This document shows, piece by piece, positions 38,703-48,640 of a stretch of 64,000 nt of DNA. The stretch is taken from NCBI GenBank assembly GCA_963846435.1, contig CAWJVX010000001.1, positions 6,992-70,991 of the forward strand. The letters run 5' to 3'. The DNA is from an uncultured Gemmatimonadales bacterium (GTDB lineage: Bacteria > Gemmatimonadota > Gemmatimonadetes > Gemmatimonadales > GWC2-71-9). The notes under the pieces are model-generated. The model did not search any database. It had not been told where the DNA came from and was given only the letters and a program-made list of their open reading frames with translations. Made by a program: the position numbers and the translations under genes. Positions within the stretch are counted from its first letter, which is position 1. The number at the start of each line of letters is the position of its first letter.

Positions 38703-40161
38703 TGGGCCGCTTCGCTTTCACCTGTACCTGTACGGTGTCTCCGGCTTCATCTTCGATGGCGATGATCGTCCGCTGCCCTCCCGTCGTGGTCAAGAGCACC
38801 CGGCCATCGGCCGAGACACGGGCAGCTCGGACCGAGCGGCGGAGCCGGCGCCACTGGACGATCTTGTGTGCCGAGGCGAAATAGGGGCGGCCATCAGCCA
38901 GCGCTTGCAGCAAGGCTATGAAGGCCGGCTCGGCCCCGGGAAATCCGAGAGCCTCCGTAGTATTGGGGTGCCACAGTCCTACCCAGGCACCCTCAACCGC
39001 CTTGCATGTGCCGGCGAGCTCCCGAGCGTCATCGATCCAGCGGCCTGCTTCCTCCACTCCGGCGTACTTGCTCAGCGCCCGATCCATCCAGACGAGCGGC
39101 AACAGGTCGAGTGGTAAGGTCGTCTCCGCCGCAGCATCCCAGGCAGGAACCACATCCGCCACGCCGAGCCGGAAGCCATTCCGGTCGGCAAACCCCCAGG
39201 TGGCGTCGTATTCGAAACCGGCTTCGACCATGATCCGCTGGGTACGCCCCGGACGCATACGGAGGAAGTGCTGGCGAATCCCCTCGACCGGTGAGTCTGC
39301 CAGGCGACCGAGCGTCCGACGCTGCCGCATCATGGCCCTCACGTCCCCGGCGGTGGCGAAACTGCCATGGAGCCCGATCTCATGGCCGGCATGGGTCAAT
39401 GCGGTCAGGATTCGGCGAGCCCCCTGCCCTTCGGGCCGGTAGGTGGAATCGCCTGTCAGCATGGATCTGATGCTGGGATCGGCGCAGATCACAAACCAGG
39501 TTGCTCTGATCTGGTGATGCGCCTCGAGCTGAAGCAGGGAATGTACGCCGCGGGTAATGGGATCCCGGCTGATGCTCCGCAGGGCGGCGCGGGCCACTCG
39601 AGCGAAGAGACGCCAGTGCCCCTTGGTACCAAGCTCCACCATCCGGAGCAAAGGAAAGAGCAGCCACCAGTCCACGACGTCGAGGTCATGGGTCACGGCT
39701 ACCGCCCACCGGTGGCCCTCCGGCCAGGGCGCCACCGATCGCACGGGACGTCGCCCCGCCACTGCCAGAGCGGCTCGACGGAGCTCGACACCGAGGAGCG
39801 ATACGACCGGCTGGCGGCTCTGACCGGTCTGCACCAGTGGGTTTTCGCTCGCCGGCACGCGTCCGTGGCGATCGGTCGCGTTGGACCGCTGCTCCACGGC
39901 ACCGCCCGCCACCTCGGCCACCGCGCGGAGTGCAGCAGTCGTTACCCGGACCTCACCGTCTCCCCGCTCCAGTGCAGCCTGGAAACTCAGGTCTGCCGCC
40001 CCCGAGCCGGCGGACTCGCGGTCGACCACGGTCAGGCGCACTAGATCGCATTCGGCCCGCTCGGCGACCAAGAGGCGGGAGAGGTCGACCAGGAGATCGA
40101 GCCCGAAGCGTTCTGCTGGGCGAAGCCGGTCACGGGCGACATCTACCAGGATCACCGCCAC
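38689..40161 (-). CDS. Polysaccharide-deacetylase-like (CE4-like) protein with unassigned N-terminal domain
   Basis: AVAVTHDLDVV, IRATWFVICAD, GHEIGLHGSF, GIRQHFLRM, FEYDATWGF. Assignment is from motif spacing only. Confidence 0.5.
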   Translation of the reverse strand: MAVILVDVARDRLRPAERFGLDLLVDLSRLLVAERAECDLVRLTVVDRESAGSGAADLSFQAALERGDGEVRVTTAALRAVAEVAGGAVEQRSNATDRHGRVPASENPLVQTGQSRQPVVSLLGVELRRAALAVAGRRPVRSVAPWPEGHRWAVAVTHDLDVVDWWLLFPLLRMVELGTKGHWRLFARVARAALRSISRDPITRGVHSLLQLEAHHQIRATWFVICADPSIRSMLTGDSTYRPEGQGARRILTALTHAGHEIGLHGSFATAGDVRAMMRQRRTLGRLADSPVEGIRQHFLRMRPGRTQRIMVEAGFEYDATWGFADRNGFRLGVADVVPAWDAAAETTLPLDLLPLVWMDRALSKYAGVEEAGRWIDDARELAGTCKAVEGAWVGLWHPNTTEALGFPGAEPAFIALLQALADGRPYFASAHKIVQWRRLRRSVRAARVSADGRVLLTTTGGQRTIIAIEDEAGDTVQVQVKAKRPSGAA

Positions 40162-40616
40162 CCCGCTTCGGGGACCAGCTCCCGGACGGTCCGAGCCGGC
40201 TGGCCCGCCACGACGTGGAGGGACGGTACGTCCGAGCTCACCACGCTATTGGCGCCCACGATGGCCCCGCGGCCGATGCGCACGCCGGGAAGCACCACGC
40301 AGCCGGCGCCGAGCCAGGCGTCCTCTTCGATGACGATGGGCCCCTGGGAGACCGGTGCGAAGCCGCGGATTCGAGAGTGGTTGGGGTGCGACGAGGTGAC
40401 CAGGGTGACGCGGGGAGCGATGCTCACCCGGTCGCCGATGGTGATGTTTCCCCTGTCGGCGAGCTCCTCCACAATGAGGAGGTCGTCCGCGATGTAGACC
40501 TCCTGCCCGATGGTGAAGCCGCAGGAGCGGAGCAGGCTCACGCGCCAGCCCGGGAAGAATGCGTTCCGGGCCCACCGCTTGAGGATCTTCTTTCGAAGGC
40601 GCCACGCGAAGCTCAC
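40152..40616 (-). CDS. Left-handed beta-helix (hexapeptide-repeat) acyl/acetyltransferase
   Basis: Hexapeptide repeats ITIGDRVSIAPRVTLVT..IVIEEDAWLGAGCVVLPGVRIGRGAIVGANSVV. Confidence 0.85.
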   Translation of the reverse strand: MSFAWRLRKKILKRWARNAFFPGWRVSLLRSCGFTIGQEVYIADDLLIVEELADRGNITIGDRVSIAPRVTLVTSSHPNHSRIRGFAPVSQGPIVIEEDAWLGAGCVVLPGVRIGRGAIVGANSVVSSDVPSLHVVAGQPARTVRELVPEAGWR

Positions 40617-40619
40617 GAG

Positions 40620-41663
40620 CTATCCCAGGTAGCGGTAGAGGCCCGCGCCCAGCCGTGCGACCCGGGCCGGCAACCGGGACCAGAGAGCGCCGACTGCGGC
40701 CAGGGAGCCGCGGTCGCGCGCGGCGATGTTCAAACCGGCGGGCGTTGGCCAGTAATCATAGGCCAGCGGTATGGCCTGTCCACCCCAACGGCGCTTGAAC
40801 TCCACTAGGCCTTCCTGCTCCGGGGCTGCGCGACCCATGTCGAATCGGCAGCCTGCGGCCACGGCATCCTGAATGGCGGTCCAGAGCAGCACGTGATTGG
40901 GCCGGTGCTCCAGCTGGGCCGGATCCGAAGCACCAAAGGCATAGATCCAGGAACGCGCTCCCTTCCACACGGTGATGGCGGCAGCCGGGGTGCCCGCACT
41001 GCTGAAGGCGAGATACACCTCGGCCAGACCCGCGCCCTGGAGCCGCCGGCATCCCTCGACGAAGAAGCGCCGGGGTGGTGGAGGCAGTCCATGTCCATGG
41101 GCGGTTCGCTCCTCCAACTCGGCCATGATCAACCAGTCCTCCGCTGATTGTCCGCGGCGGACGACGAGTCCAGCCTTCCGGCCCTTCTTGATGCTCCGCT
41201 GGGTGCTGCTGGCGTGCAGCTGTTGCCAGACAGCGGACTCGCCCTGCTCCGTGGGGATCTCATACGTCGCATAGCGGGAGGCGCGCTGGTACCCGCTGGG
41301 AACCGGATATTCACCCCGGCTCTTCAGCTCGATCCGCCGGACGCCGCGTTCGCGCGCCCGCTCGAGTACCGCCGCGCACAACGCCGCAGCGGCCGCCCCG
41401 TCCTGCGCCAGCGGGCCCGCGGCGTAGCTGAACGGCAGGCTGACGAACCGTCTCGGGCCAAGCAGGGGCGGTATCTCCGCCACCGCCAGGAGACCGCGCA
41501 GCGCGCCATCTTCGCGAGCCGAGTAGTAGTCAAGCCGCAGGCGATAGATCTCACCCAGACACAGTGCCCACTCGGGGCGATGATAGAAGGTGCCGTGGAC
41601 GGCCGCGAAGTCGCGCCAATCCTCGGGCGGCTCAGCCGTGCGGCTGATGGTCAGCGACGGCAT
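40620..41663 (-). CDS. FemAB-like / GNAT-fold aminoacyl- or acyl-transferase
   Basis: FYHRPEW.., LPFSYAAGPL, RSIKKGRKAGL, IYAFGASDP...RPNHVLLWTAIQDAVAAGCRFDMGRAAPEQEGLVEFKRRWG. Start chosen at MPSLTISR; the ORF-track start is 41720. Confidence 0.65.
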   Translation of the reverse strand: MPSLTISRTAEPPEDWRDFAAVHGTFYHRPEWALCLGEIYRLRLDYYSAREDGALRGLLAVAEIPPLLGPRRFVSLPFSYAAGPLAQDGAAAAALCAAVLERARERGVRRIELKSRGEYPVPSGYQRASRYATYEIPTEQGESAVWQQLHASSTQRSIKKGRKAGLVVRRGQSAEDWLIMAELEERTAHGHGLPPPPRRFFVEGCRRLQGAGLAEVYLAFSSAGTPAAAITVWKGARSWIYAFGASDPAQLEHRPNHVLLWTAIQDAVAAGCRFDMGRAAPEQEGLVEFKRRWGGQAIPLAYDYWPTPAGLNIAARDRGSLAAVGALWSRLPARVARLGAGLYRYLG

Positions 41664-42819
41664 CGTAGATCTCGAGGAAGCGGTCGATGGCGGCTTCGGG
41701 CGCATAGGTCCGCAGCACATGCTCCTTCCCTGCCCGGGTCAGCCGCTCCCGAAGCGGCGCATCGGTGAGCAGCCGCTCGAGCTGGATGGCCAGGTCGGTG
41801 GGATCCCCGTCCCGAGCAAGGAGGCCGGTTTGTTCATGGACGACTACCTCGGGAATGCCGCCTGCGGCCGTCCCCACAACCGCGGAGCCGGCCAATAGGG
41901 CCTCCACCAGGCTCAGGCCCAAACCCTCTGCGTGGCCGCGACTGGGGAGAACCGTGACCGTGCTGGCACCGTACTCGCTCGCCATCCGCGCCTGAGGAAC
42001 GAAATCCGACCAGACGGTCCTGGACCCGATCCCGAGGTCGCGAGCCAGTGACTCCAGCTCCGATCTGGCGGGTCCTTCGCCCAGAATCTTGAGCTGGCAG
42101 GCAACGCCTTGCCGGGTAAGCTCAGCCACGGCTCGGAGCAGGATGTCCACTCCCTTGCTCGGCACCAGGTTCCCGGCGTAGAGCAGGCGCGGCGGGTCGA
42201 GCTTGGCCATCCGGGCACCCTCGAGGAATCCGCTCACATCGACCGGCATCGGGGTGACCTGCACCCCGGCGTGGAGTGCAGGGAGCATCCGCTGAATGTC
42301 GCCCGCCAGGAACTTTGATACGGTGGTGACCCGAGTGGCTCGGTGGAAAACCGGCAGCGCTATTCTGCGGACCAGAGCGCCACGCTCGAGCAGCCGGACA
42401 TCCGAGCCGTGACAGGTGATCAGGTACGGCACCCGGCCTCGACTCGCAAACCATCCCCCGGGCATCCACCAGTGGGCGTGCACTACATCGGGCGAGAAGC
42501 GCCGAATGGCGTTCCGAACTGCCCGTCCATAGCCGAGCAGAAAGCCGGGGAACGCAAGCGCCGCCACCGGTGACAGCAGGGTACGTCCGTGGAGATTGCC
42601 GGTGTAGGCAACCCGCTCGAGCGCGTCAGGACCGTACCGAAAGCGATGAATCCGGACCCCGGCAGCACGTTCGTCCGTGGCCGTGCCGGGCGCGTGCGGC
42701 GCAATGATCTCGACCTCGTGTCCCCGCGCGGCGGCCCCCTGGGCGATGCGGGCGACAAAGGCGCCCGCAGGGTCACCGGTGAAGCGAGGATAGTTGTGCG
42801 TGACGGTGAGAATCCGCAT
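41632..42819 (-). CDS. Glycosyltransferase family 4 (GT-B fold)
   Basis: MRILTVTHNYPRFTGDPAGAFV, C-terminal EGLGLSLVEALLAGSAVVGTAAGGIPEVV (E-x7-E region). Start is the internal Met at 42819. Confidence 0.88.
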   Translation of the reverse strand: MRILTVTHNYPRFTGDPAGAFVARIAQGAAARGHEVEIIAPHAPGTATDERAAGVRIHRFRYGPDALERVAYTGNLHGRTLLSPVAALAFPGFLLGYGRAVRNAIRRFSPDVVHAHWWMPGGWFASRGRVPYLITCHGSDVRLLERGALVRRIALPVFHRATRVTTVSKFLAGDIQRMLPALHAGVQVTPMPVDVSGFLEGARMAKLDPPRLLYAGNLVPSKGVDILLRAVAELTRQGVACQLKILGEGPARSELESLARDLGIGSRTVWSDFVPQARMASEYGASTVTVLPSRGHAEGLGLSLVEALLAGSAVVGTAAGGIPEVVVHEQTGLLARDGDPTDLAIQLERLLTDAPLRERLTRAGKEHVLRTYAPEAAIDRFLEIYDAVADHQPHG

Positions 42820-42829
42820 GCGCTCCCGG

Positions 42830-43837
42830 CTACTGCACGAAGCGGATGGCGCCGGCCTCGTCGGCAATCGCGGCCAGGGCGCCGGAGCGGTCGAATGCAA
42901 CCCGCCGCGGGGTCCCACCGATCTCGATGGTCGAGCGAATAGCTCGGGTGGCGCGGTTGACCACGTAGACGACCCCGGCAGTCGGGACCGTAACCCATAC
43001 CTGGGTCTGGTCCGGTGTGATCGCGAGCCCGAACCCGCCAGCGCCCAGTCCCACCCGCGCAACTTCGGCACCGGTTTCCAGGTTCAGCACGATGAGATCG
43101 CCATCCTCGCCCGCGGCATAGAGCTCCCTGCCGTCAGCCGACAGGCCCAGCCCCTGCGGTCTGCCGGGCACGGTGAATCCGCGCAGAACATCACCGGTAT
43201 CGTCGAGTTCGTAGATTCTGCCACCGACGTCACCAACATAAATCCGTGACCCGGCAGTGTTGATGACGAGGCCATTGAGGTTTCCACCGAGCTGAACCGT
43301 GCGGGTGACGCGGCGCATCGCGGGGTCAATCAACAGCAGGTCACCGGTGTTGGTGGTCACGTAGATCTGCTGCCCCTCCGGACCGACGGCTACCCGGTAA
43401 GGGTCGCCGGTAACGGCGATGGCGTGCACCTGCCTGGCGGTCCGAGCGTCCACCACCCCGATCGTCTGCGCTGCCTGATTGGTCACGTAGGCCCAGGTCC
43501 CGGCGGGGCTGAAGGCGACATCGGTCGGCACCTGACCGACCGGCACCGTGATCAGCGACTCAGCCTGGAGCGTGGTGCCGACCAGGCGTGCGGCGTCGAG
43601 AAGGGTACAGTACACGAGGCCGGTGTTGGAGATCGCGATCCCGAAGGGCCGGCGGCCGTCACGCAATGTGGCCGTGACCCTTCCCTGGGGATGGGTGCGG
43701 GCGGGTCGAGCAACACTATCCCGTACCGGCTCTGCACCGGCGGTGTTCCCTCTTGCGTCGGCGCCCTGGCCGGACTGGCAGCCGCACAGGACGGCGAGCG
43801 CGATCAGCCGGAAATGACCTCTAGTCGGCCAGTGCAT
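42830..43837 (-). CDS. YVTN/YncE-like beta-propeller repeat lipoprotein
   Basis: Lipobox LIALAVLCGC. About 7 repeats of the type G..P.GVA.S.DG..VYVTN....TV.VID. Confidence 0.75.
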   Translation of the reverse strand: MHWPTRGHFRLIALAVLCGCQSGQGADARGNTAGAEPVRDSVARPARTHPQGRVTATLRDGRRPFGIAISNTGLVYCTLLDAARLVGTTLQAESLITVPVGQVPTDVAFSPAGTWAYVTNQAAQTIGVVDARTARQVHAIAVTGDPYRVAVGPEGQQIYVTTNTGDLLLIDPAMRRVTRTVQLGGNLNGLVINTAGSRIYVGDVGGRIYELDDTGDVLRGFTVPGRPQGLGLSADGRELYAAGEDGDLIVLNLETGAEVARVGLGAGGFGLAITPDQTQVWVTVPTAGVVYVVNRATRAIRSTIEIGGTPRRVAFDRSGALAAIADEAGAIRFVQ

Positions 43838-44957
43838 TCCGGTACCACCCCTCGCACAGTTCAGCGACGTTGTCAGGTGCCAGCCGAGCCCGCCACGATT
43901 CGCCAATCAAGCGCCCCATAGCGAGGCGGTCGGGCTCCGCTTGAAGGTCCAGTACGCTGTCGGCGATCGCCTCGGCCGCTGGGAGCGTGAGCCGCCCGGG
44001 CCCGGACTCGGGAATGATCTCCACCGCCGCGCCACTATCCCAGCAGGCTACCACCGCGACGCCGGAGACCAGCGCCTCGATTGCCGATCCGGCCGTACCG
44101 TCTCCCCGTGCGGTGAAAAGCATGATGTCGGCACGCTCGAGGTACGACCGGGCCTGGGATGGGGCCATGGCTCCCACAAACCGGACCAGAGACGAGACCC
44201 CGAGCCGAGTCACCCGTTGTTCCAGAGCCGGACGCTCCGGTCCGTCCCCGATTATGGTCAGCGGAAATTCGTGGCCACACGAAGCCAGGACGGCGGCTGT
44301 CTCGATGGCGAGGTCCACCCGCTTCGAGGCGGTCAGCCGGGAGATGACCACTCCGCCGCCCCCGCCCCGAGTCCACGGATGGGAGCGCGTATCGATCGGC
44401 ATGGGATGGATATGCGCGGCGTCGATGAACCGGCCAGTGGCGGTCTGAATCCAGGTACCGACCTCACGGGAGACGGTGGTCACGACGGCGGCCCGCTGAA
44501 AGAGCGGCCGTGCCAGCGAGCGGGCGATACTCGACTCCCGCAGCAGGGAGGCATCGGTGCCGAGGGCCGTCAACACCAGAGGGGTGCCAGCCGGAGCCGC
44601 GAGGCCGGCTGGTATCCACCCGTAGGCGTGGACCAGGTCGGCCCCGTTCAAGAGCTCATGGCGGACGGCGGCCCGCATGGACCGCCGCAGCCGGGCCAGG
44701 GCGAGCCAGCTGATCGGGTTTCTCAGCGCAGCCGCGATGGAATCCTTGCGGGAGATCATTGCCCGGATGGAACGACCGGCCCGCAGCTGGTTGACGGCAA
44801 CCCCGTCGACCTGGGTCTCCCCTGAGGCATCGCTGGGAGTGACGACCCGCACCGAGATCCCCCGGCGCGTGAGAGCGCGGGCGAGCGTGCCGAGCGGGGC
44901 GCCGAAGAGGTCGCCTGGTCTGCGGGGGTAGTCGTGGGTCAGGAGGACGACCCGCAC
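43821..44957 (-). CDS. Glycosyltransferase family 4 (GT-B fold)
   Basis: MRVVLLTHDYPRRPGDLFG, C-terminal GTAGSAIEALVSGVAVVA. Confidence 0.85.
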   Translation of the reverse strand: MRVVLLTHDYPRRPGDLFGAPLGTLARALTRRGISVRVVTPSDASGETQVDGVAVNQLRAGRSIRAMISRKDSIAAALRNPISWLALARLRRSMRAAVRHELLNGADLVHAYGWIPAGLAAPAGTPLVLTALGTDASLLRESSIARSLARPLFQRAAVVTTVSREVGTWIQTATGRFIDAAHIHPMPIDTRSHPWTRGGGGGVVISRLTASKRVDLAIETAAVLASCGHEFPLTIIGDGPERPALEQRVTRLGVSSLVRFVGAMAPSQARSYLERADIMLFTARGDGTAGSAIEALVSGVAVVACWDSGAAVEIIPESGPGRLTLPAAEAIADSVLDLQAEPDRLAMGRLIGESWRARLAPDNVAELCEGWYRNALAD

Positions 44958-44960
44958 CGG

Positions 44961-45917
44961 TCAGTCCCGGACGTCGAGCTTCTCGAGCCGAGCGAGATCG
45001 CGGGCGATCTCCCGTGTCTCCTCGCGCATTCCGGCGATTATCTCCCCCAGAAAGCCGAACCCGAACAGGACGATGCCGCTGATCACCATCATTTCGACCA
45101 GATTCAGCAGCGGCCGGAGCCCGATACCGTAGCCGAATCGGAGCACCAGGGCCACAATGCCCGCCAGGAGGCCGATGACGAAGAGAATGGCGCCGCCGAC
45201 ACCGAAGAACAGCATCGGTTTGCGGCCGAACCGGAGCTGGAACCAGACCGAGATCAGATCGAACAGCCCGACCGGTATGCGCTTCCAGTTGAACTTCGAG
45301 ATGCCGGCCCGGCGCGGGTAGAGCGGAACCGGCAGCGACATCAGCCGATAGCCGTCGGCCGCGGCGATCACGACCATGTAGCGATGCCAGTCGGGGCGGA
45401 GCGGAACACCCAGCATGACCTCCCGCCGGTACGCCTTGACTGAATTGAGATCGGTGACCCGGACGCCGAACAGCCAGCGACACAGGACGTTGTAGATGTT
45501 GGAGACGAACGCCTTCTCGTACTTGCCCTGCTTGGTGCCGGTGACGATATCGGCCCGCCCGTCCAGAATCGGCGCCACCAGCCCGGGTATGTCCTCCGGG
45601 AGATACTGGAGATCGGCCGGGTAGAACACGAACACATCGCCCCGGGCGATGTCGCCGGCCGAGCGGAGGCTGTCCGCGATCCCGCGTTGCCGGCGGTGGG
45701 TCACGACCGACAGAAACGGGTATTGCCGCTCCAGGTCGCGAAGCACCCGGTCGCTCCCGTCCCGGGAGCCGTCGTTGACGACAATCACCTCGAAGGAGAA
45801 GCCCGAAGGGCCGAGGGCTTCGGCGCAGCGCTGGAGAAACTCGGGAAGGTTGGGCGCCTCGTCCTTGGCCGGGACGAGTACGCTCACATCCAGCGTCTCG
45901 ACCGGGGCGATGGTCAT
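44961..45917 (-). CDS. Polyprenyl-phosphate glycosyltransferase (GT2, GtrB/ArnC-like, two C-terminal TM helices)
   Basis: VSVLVPAKDEAPNLP, VVNDGSRDGS, YPADLQY, then TM helices MLFFGVGGAILFVIGLLAGIVAL and MMVISGIVLFGFGFLGEII. The start overlaps the rpoN stop (ATGA). Confidence 0.88.
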   Translation of the reverse strand: MTIAPVETLDVSVLVPAKDEAPNLPEFLQRCAEALGPSGFSFEVIVVNDGSRDGSDRVLRDLERQYPFLSVVTHRRQRGIADSLRSAGDIARGDVFVFYPADLQYLPEDIPGLVAPILDGRADIVTGTKQGKYEKAFVSNIYNVLCRWLFGVRVTDLNSVKAYRREVMLGVPLRPDWHRYMVVIAAADGYRLMSLPVPLYPRRAGISKFNWKRIPVGLFDLISVWFQLRFGRKPMLFFGVGGAILFVIGLLAGIVALVLRFGYGIGLRPLLNLVEMMVISGIVLFGFGFLGEIIAGMREETREIARDLARLEKLDVRD

Positions 45918-47483
45918 ACGCGTTTCCGCATTCGCGCCGGAAGGATGCCCAGCTGGTCGCGGTACTTGGCGACCGTGCGGCGGGCGATCTGAATCCCCTG
46001 CTCCTGAAAGAGGTGGACGATCTGCTGGTCGGTGAGCGGCTTGGCGCTGTTTTCCTCGCTCACCATCTTTTCCAGCTTGGCCCGGATCGAGCGGGCGCTC
46101 GCATCTTCACCTGAGGCAGTGGAGAGCGCACTGGAGAAGAAGAACTTGAGCGGGAAGCACGCCCCGTGGGGTCTGCACGTACTTCTCATTGGTTACCCGG
46201 CTCACCGTGGACTCGTGCATGTTGATGACCTCGGCCACTTCCCGCAGGGTGAGCGGCTTGAGGTACTCGATGCCCTTCTCGAAGAAGTCGCGCTGCCGGT
46301 CGACGATGAAATTCATGACCTTCAGCATGGTCTGGCGCCGCTGCTCGATGGCCTGAATCATCCAGTTGGCGCTGTTCATCTTGGAGGCGATGAACTCGCG
46401 ATTCTCCGGGGTCATCTTTTTCTTGTCCCGGGCGATCTCCTGATAGGAGCGGCTGAGCCGAAGCCGCGGCATGCCGGTGTCGTTGAGGAACACCTGGTAG
46501 CGGGTCCCGATCTTTTCCACGATCAAATCGGGAATGATGTACCCATCGCTCTGCTGGGAGTACTTGAGCCCGGGCTTGGGGTCGAGTCGGGAAAGCTGGT
46601 CGGCGGCGGCCTGCACCGCTGCCGGCTCCACCCCGAAGCGCTTGGCCAGGTCGTTCCAGCGATGGGCGATGAGGTCGGGGAAAGTCTCCGAGACCAGACG
46701 GTAGGTGAGAGAGCTGGTATCGGCCAGCTCCACCAGCTGGATCAGCAGGCACTCCCGGAGGTCCCGCGCCCCGATGCCGGATGGATCGAGCCGCTGGATG
46801 ACGGCGAGCATCTCCTCGGCCTCTGTCATCGTGTAGAAGGGCGGGGATGACGGAGAGGACGGAGAAGGTGGAGAAGACGGAGAAGACGCGGAGGAAGGAG
46901 ACGATGCCGGGCTGGAGGCCAAGGCGGCAGCGGGCATGTCCAGGTCCTCAACCTCTCCATCCTCTCCGTCGTCTCCGGCCCTGCTGACGTGCCCCGCCAT
47001 CAACAGGTTGACCGAGTTGAGAATCTCCTCCAGCGACGCGGCCAGGTAGCCTTCCTCGTTGACGTTGCCCAGGAACTCCTCGGCCAGCAGGAGCTGGCGT
47101 GGGGTCAACACCAGCATCTGGAGCTGCTCTCGGAGGTGGTCAATCAGGTTGCGGGACTCCACCGTGACCGGTTCGGTGTACTCCAGCTGCTCGTACTGCT
47201 CCCGGGTGCCGCCCACTTCGAAGCCGTTGAGCAGGATCTCCTCCCAGTCGACCTCATCCTGCTTGTCTTTCTGCTCCTTCTCCTTCTCGGCGGTGGCGGT
47301 CGGTTCCGGGGCTTCCTCTTCCGGCTCCAGCAGCTCGAGGAAGGGGTTGGCCAGCAGCTCCTGCTTGAGATGCTGCTGCAAGTCCATCATGGGCATGTAC
47401 AGCATGTCCATGGCCTGGTACAGCCGCGGATTGACCCGCAGCTCCTGCCGCATACTGGTGTGCTGCGACAGTCCGGTTCTCAT
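45914..47483 (-). CDS. rpoN: RNA polymerase sigma-54 factor, apparent frameshift near 46157
   Basis: N-terminal region I ([33 protein letters not shown]), core-binding region, HTH ([20 protein letters not shown]) and RpoN box ARRTVAKYR in the downstream ORF 45914-46189. The join is [16 protein letters not shown]. Confidence 0.92.
46845..46980. repeat. In-frame palindromic 9-nt tandem-repeat insertion inside rpoN region II
   Basis: Arms are GACGGAGAR units (46845-46905) and CTCTCCRTC-type units (46944-46980), about 22/27 pairs in the best register. On the coding strand they encode [11 protein letters not shown] and [26 protein letters not shown]. Confidence 0.8.
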
Positions 47484-48640
47484 GCGACGGCCTCGAGACG
47501 GGTGCGGAGCCGCGCGGTGAGAGTCGGTCCGAGGTACAGCTGGGCAACCCGGTCGTCGTAGACCAGATCGCGAACGGTGCCGGCGGCCTGTACTTTTCCT
47601 TCGAACATGATGTAGGCCCGATCCACGATGTCGAGGGTCTGCTCTACGTTGTGATCCGTGATCAGCACGCCGATGCCCCGATGCCTGAGGCCGGCGACGA
47701 TGGTCTGGATGTCGTGGACGGCGATCGGATCGACGCCGGCGAACGGCTCATCCAGCAGCATGAACTTCGGGTCGGACACCAGCGCCCGGGTGATCTCGAG
47801 CCGCCGCCGCTCACCGCCGCTCAAGGTGTAAGCCCTGTTCTTCCGCAGGTGTTTGATCGACAGCTCGTCCAGCATGCGGTCGAGCCGGCTGTAGCGCTCG
47901 TCCCGGCCGAGGTTGCGCGTCTCCAGGATGGCTAGAATGTTCTCCTCGACGGTCATCTTGCGGAAGACCGAGGGTTCCTGGGCCAGGTAGCCGATGCCAT
48001 TGCGGGCCCGCTGGTACATCGGCGCGTCGGTGAGCTCGACGCCGTCCAAGCGAACCCGGCCCTCGTCCGGCCGGATGAGGCCAGTAATAAGGTAGAAGGT
48101 CGTGGTCTTTCCCGCGCCGTTGGGGCCGAGCAGCCCGACGATCTCGCCCTGCTCCACCCGAACACTGACATCGTCCACGACCCGGCGCCCCTTGAAGCTC
48201 TTGCTCAGCCCGAGTCCTTCGAGCAGGCTGGCTTTGGTGCGCTGCCGGGTGAAGGACTTGGCCCGCTGCACCGCACGCCGGGCCGATCCGAGCAAGGCAT
48301 CGTAGACCGTCTGCCGCTCCTCGGGTGCGGGTCCCCACCACGCCACCCGGGGCCTAACGGTCTGCCAGTAGCCCGGGCCGGTGTCGAGAATCCATCCCTC
48401 CGTGGCCAACCGGGGAAGCACGGAATCAATGAGGTGGTGCCGTACCTCATCGCCGGAGACTTCCTGGTCGGCGTCGCCGGTCGGCTGATAACAGGCCAGG
48501 TAGGCTTCGCGATAGCTGTGGACCAGATCGGAGAACGGGATGCTGTCGGTCGGGCCGGCGGCGCGGACGATGGCGGCGAGCCCGATGGGCACCGACGGAT
48601 CGCGATCGCCGAGCGCAGCGACCCATTCCGGGGCGGTCAT
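47480..48640 (-). CDS. lptB: LPS export ABC transporter ATP-binding protein LptB with about 135-aa N-terminal extension
   Basis: The C-terminal 250 aa are LptB-like ([42 protein letters not shown]). The ATG at 48640 overlaps the lptA stop (ATGA). The extension keeps GC-rich third codon positions. Confidence 0.88.
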   Translation of the reverse strand: MTAPEWVAALGDRDPSVPIGLAAIVRAAGPTDSIPFSDLVHSYREAYLACYQPTGDADQEVSGDEVRHHLIDSVLPRLATEGWILDTGPGYWQTVRPRVAWWGPAPEERQTVYDALLGSARRAVQRAKSFTRQRTKASLLEGLGLSKSFKGRRVVDDVSVRVEQGEIVGLLGPNGAGKTTTFYLITGLIRPDEGRVRLDGVELTDAPMYQRARNGIGYLAQEPSVFRKMTVEENILAILETRNLGRDERYSRLDRMLDELSIKHLRKNRAYTLSGGERRRLEITRALVSDPKFMLLDEPFAGVDPIAVHDIQTIVAGLRHRGIGVLITDHNVEQTLDIVDRAYIMFEGKVQAAGTVRDLVYDDRVAQLYLGPTLTARLRTRLEAVA

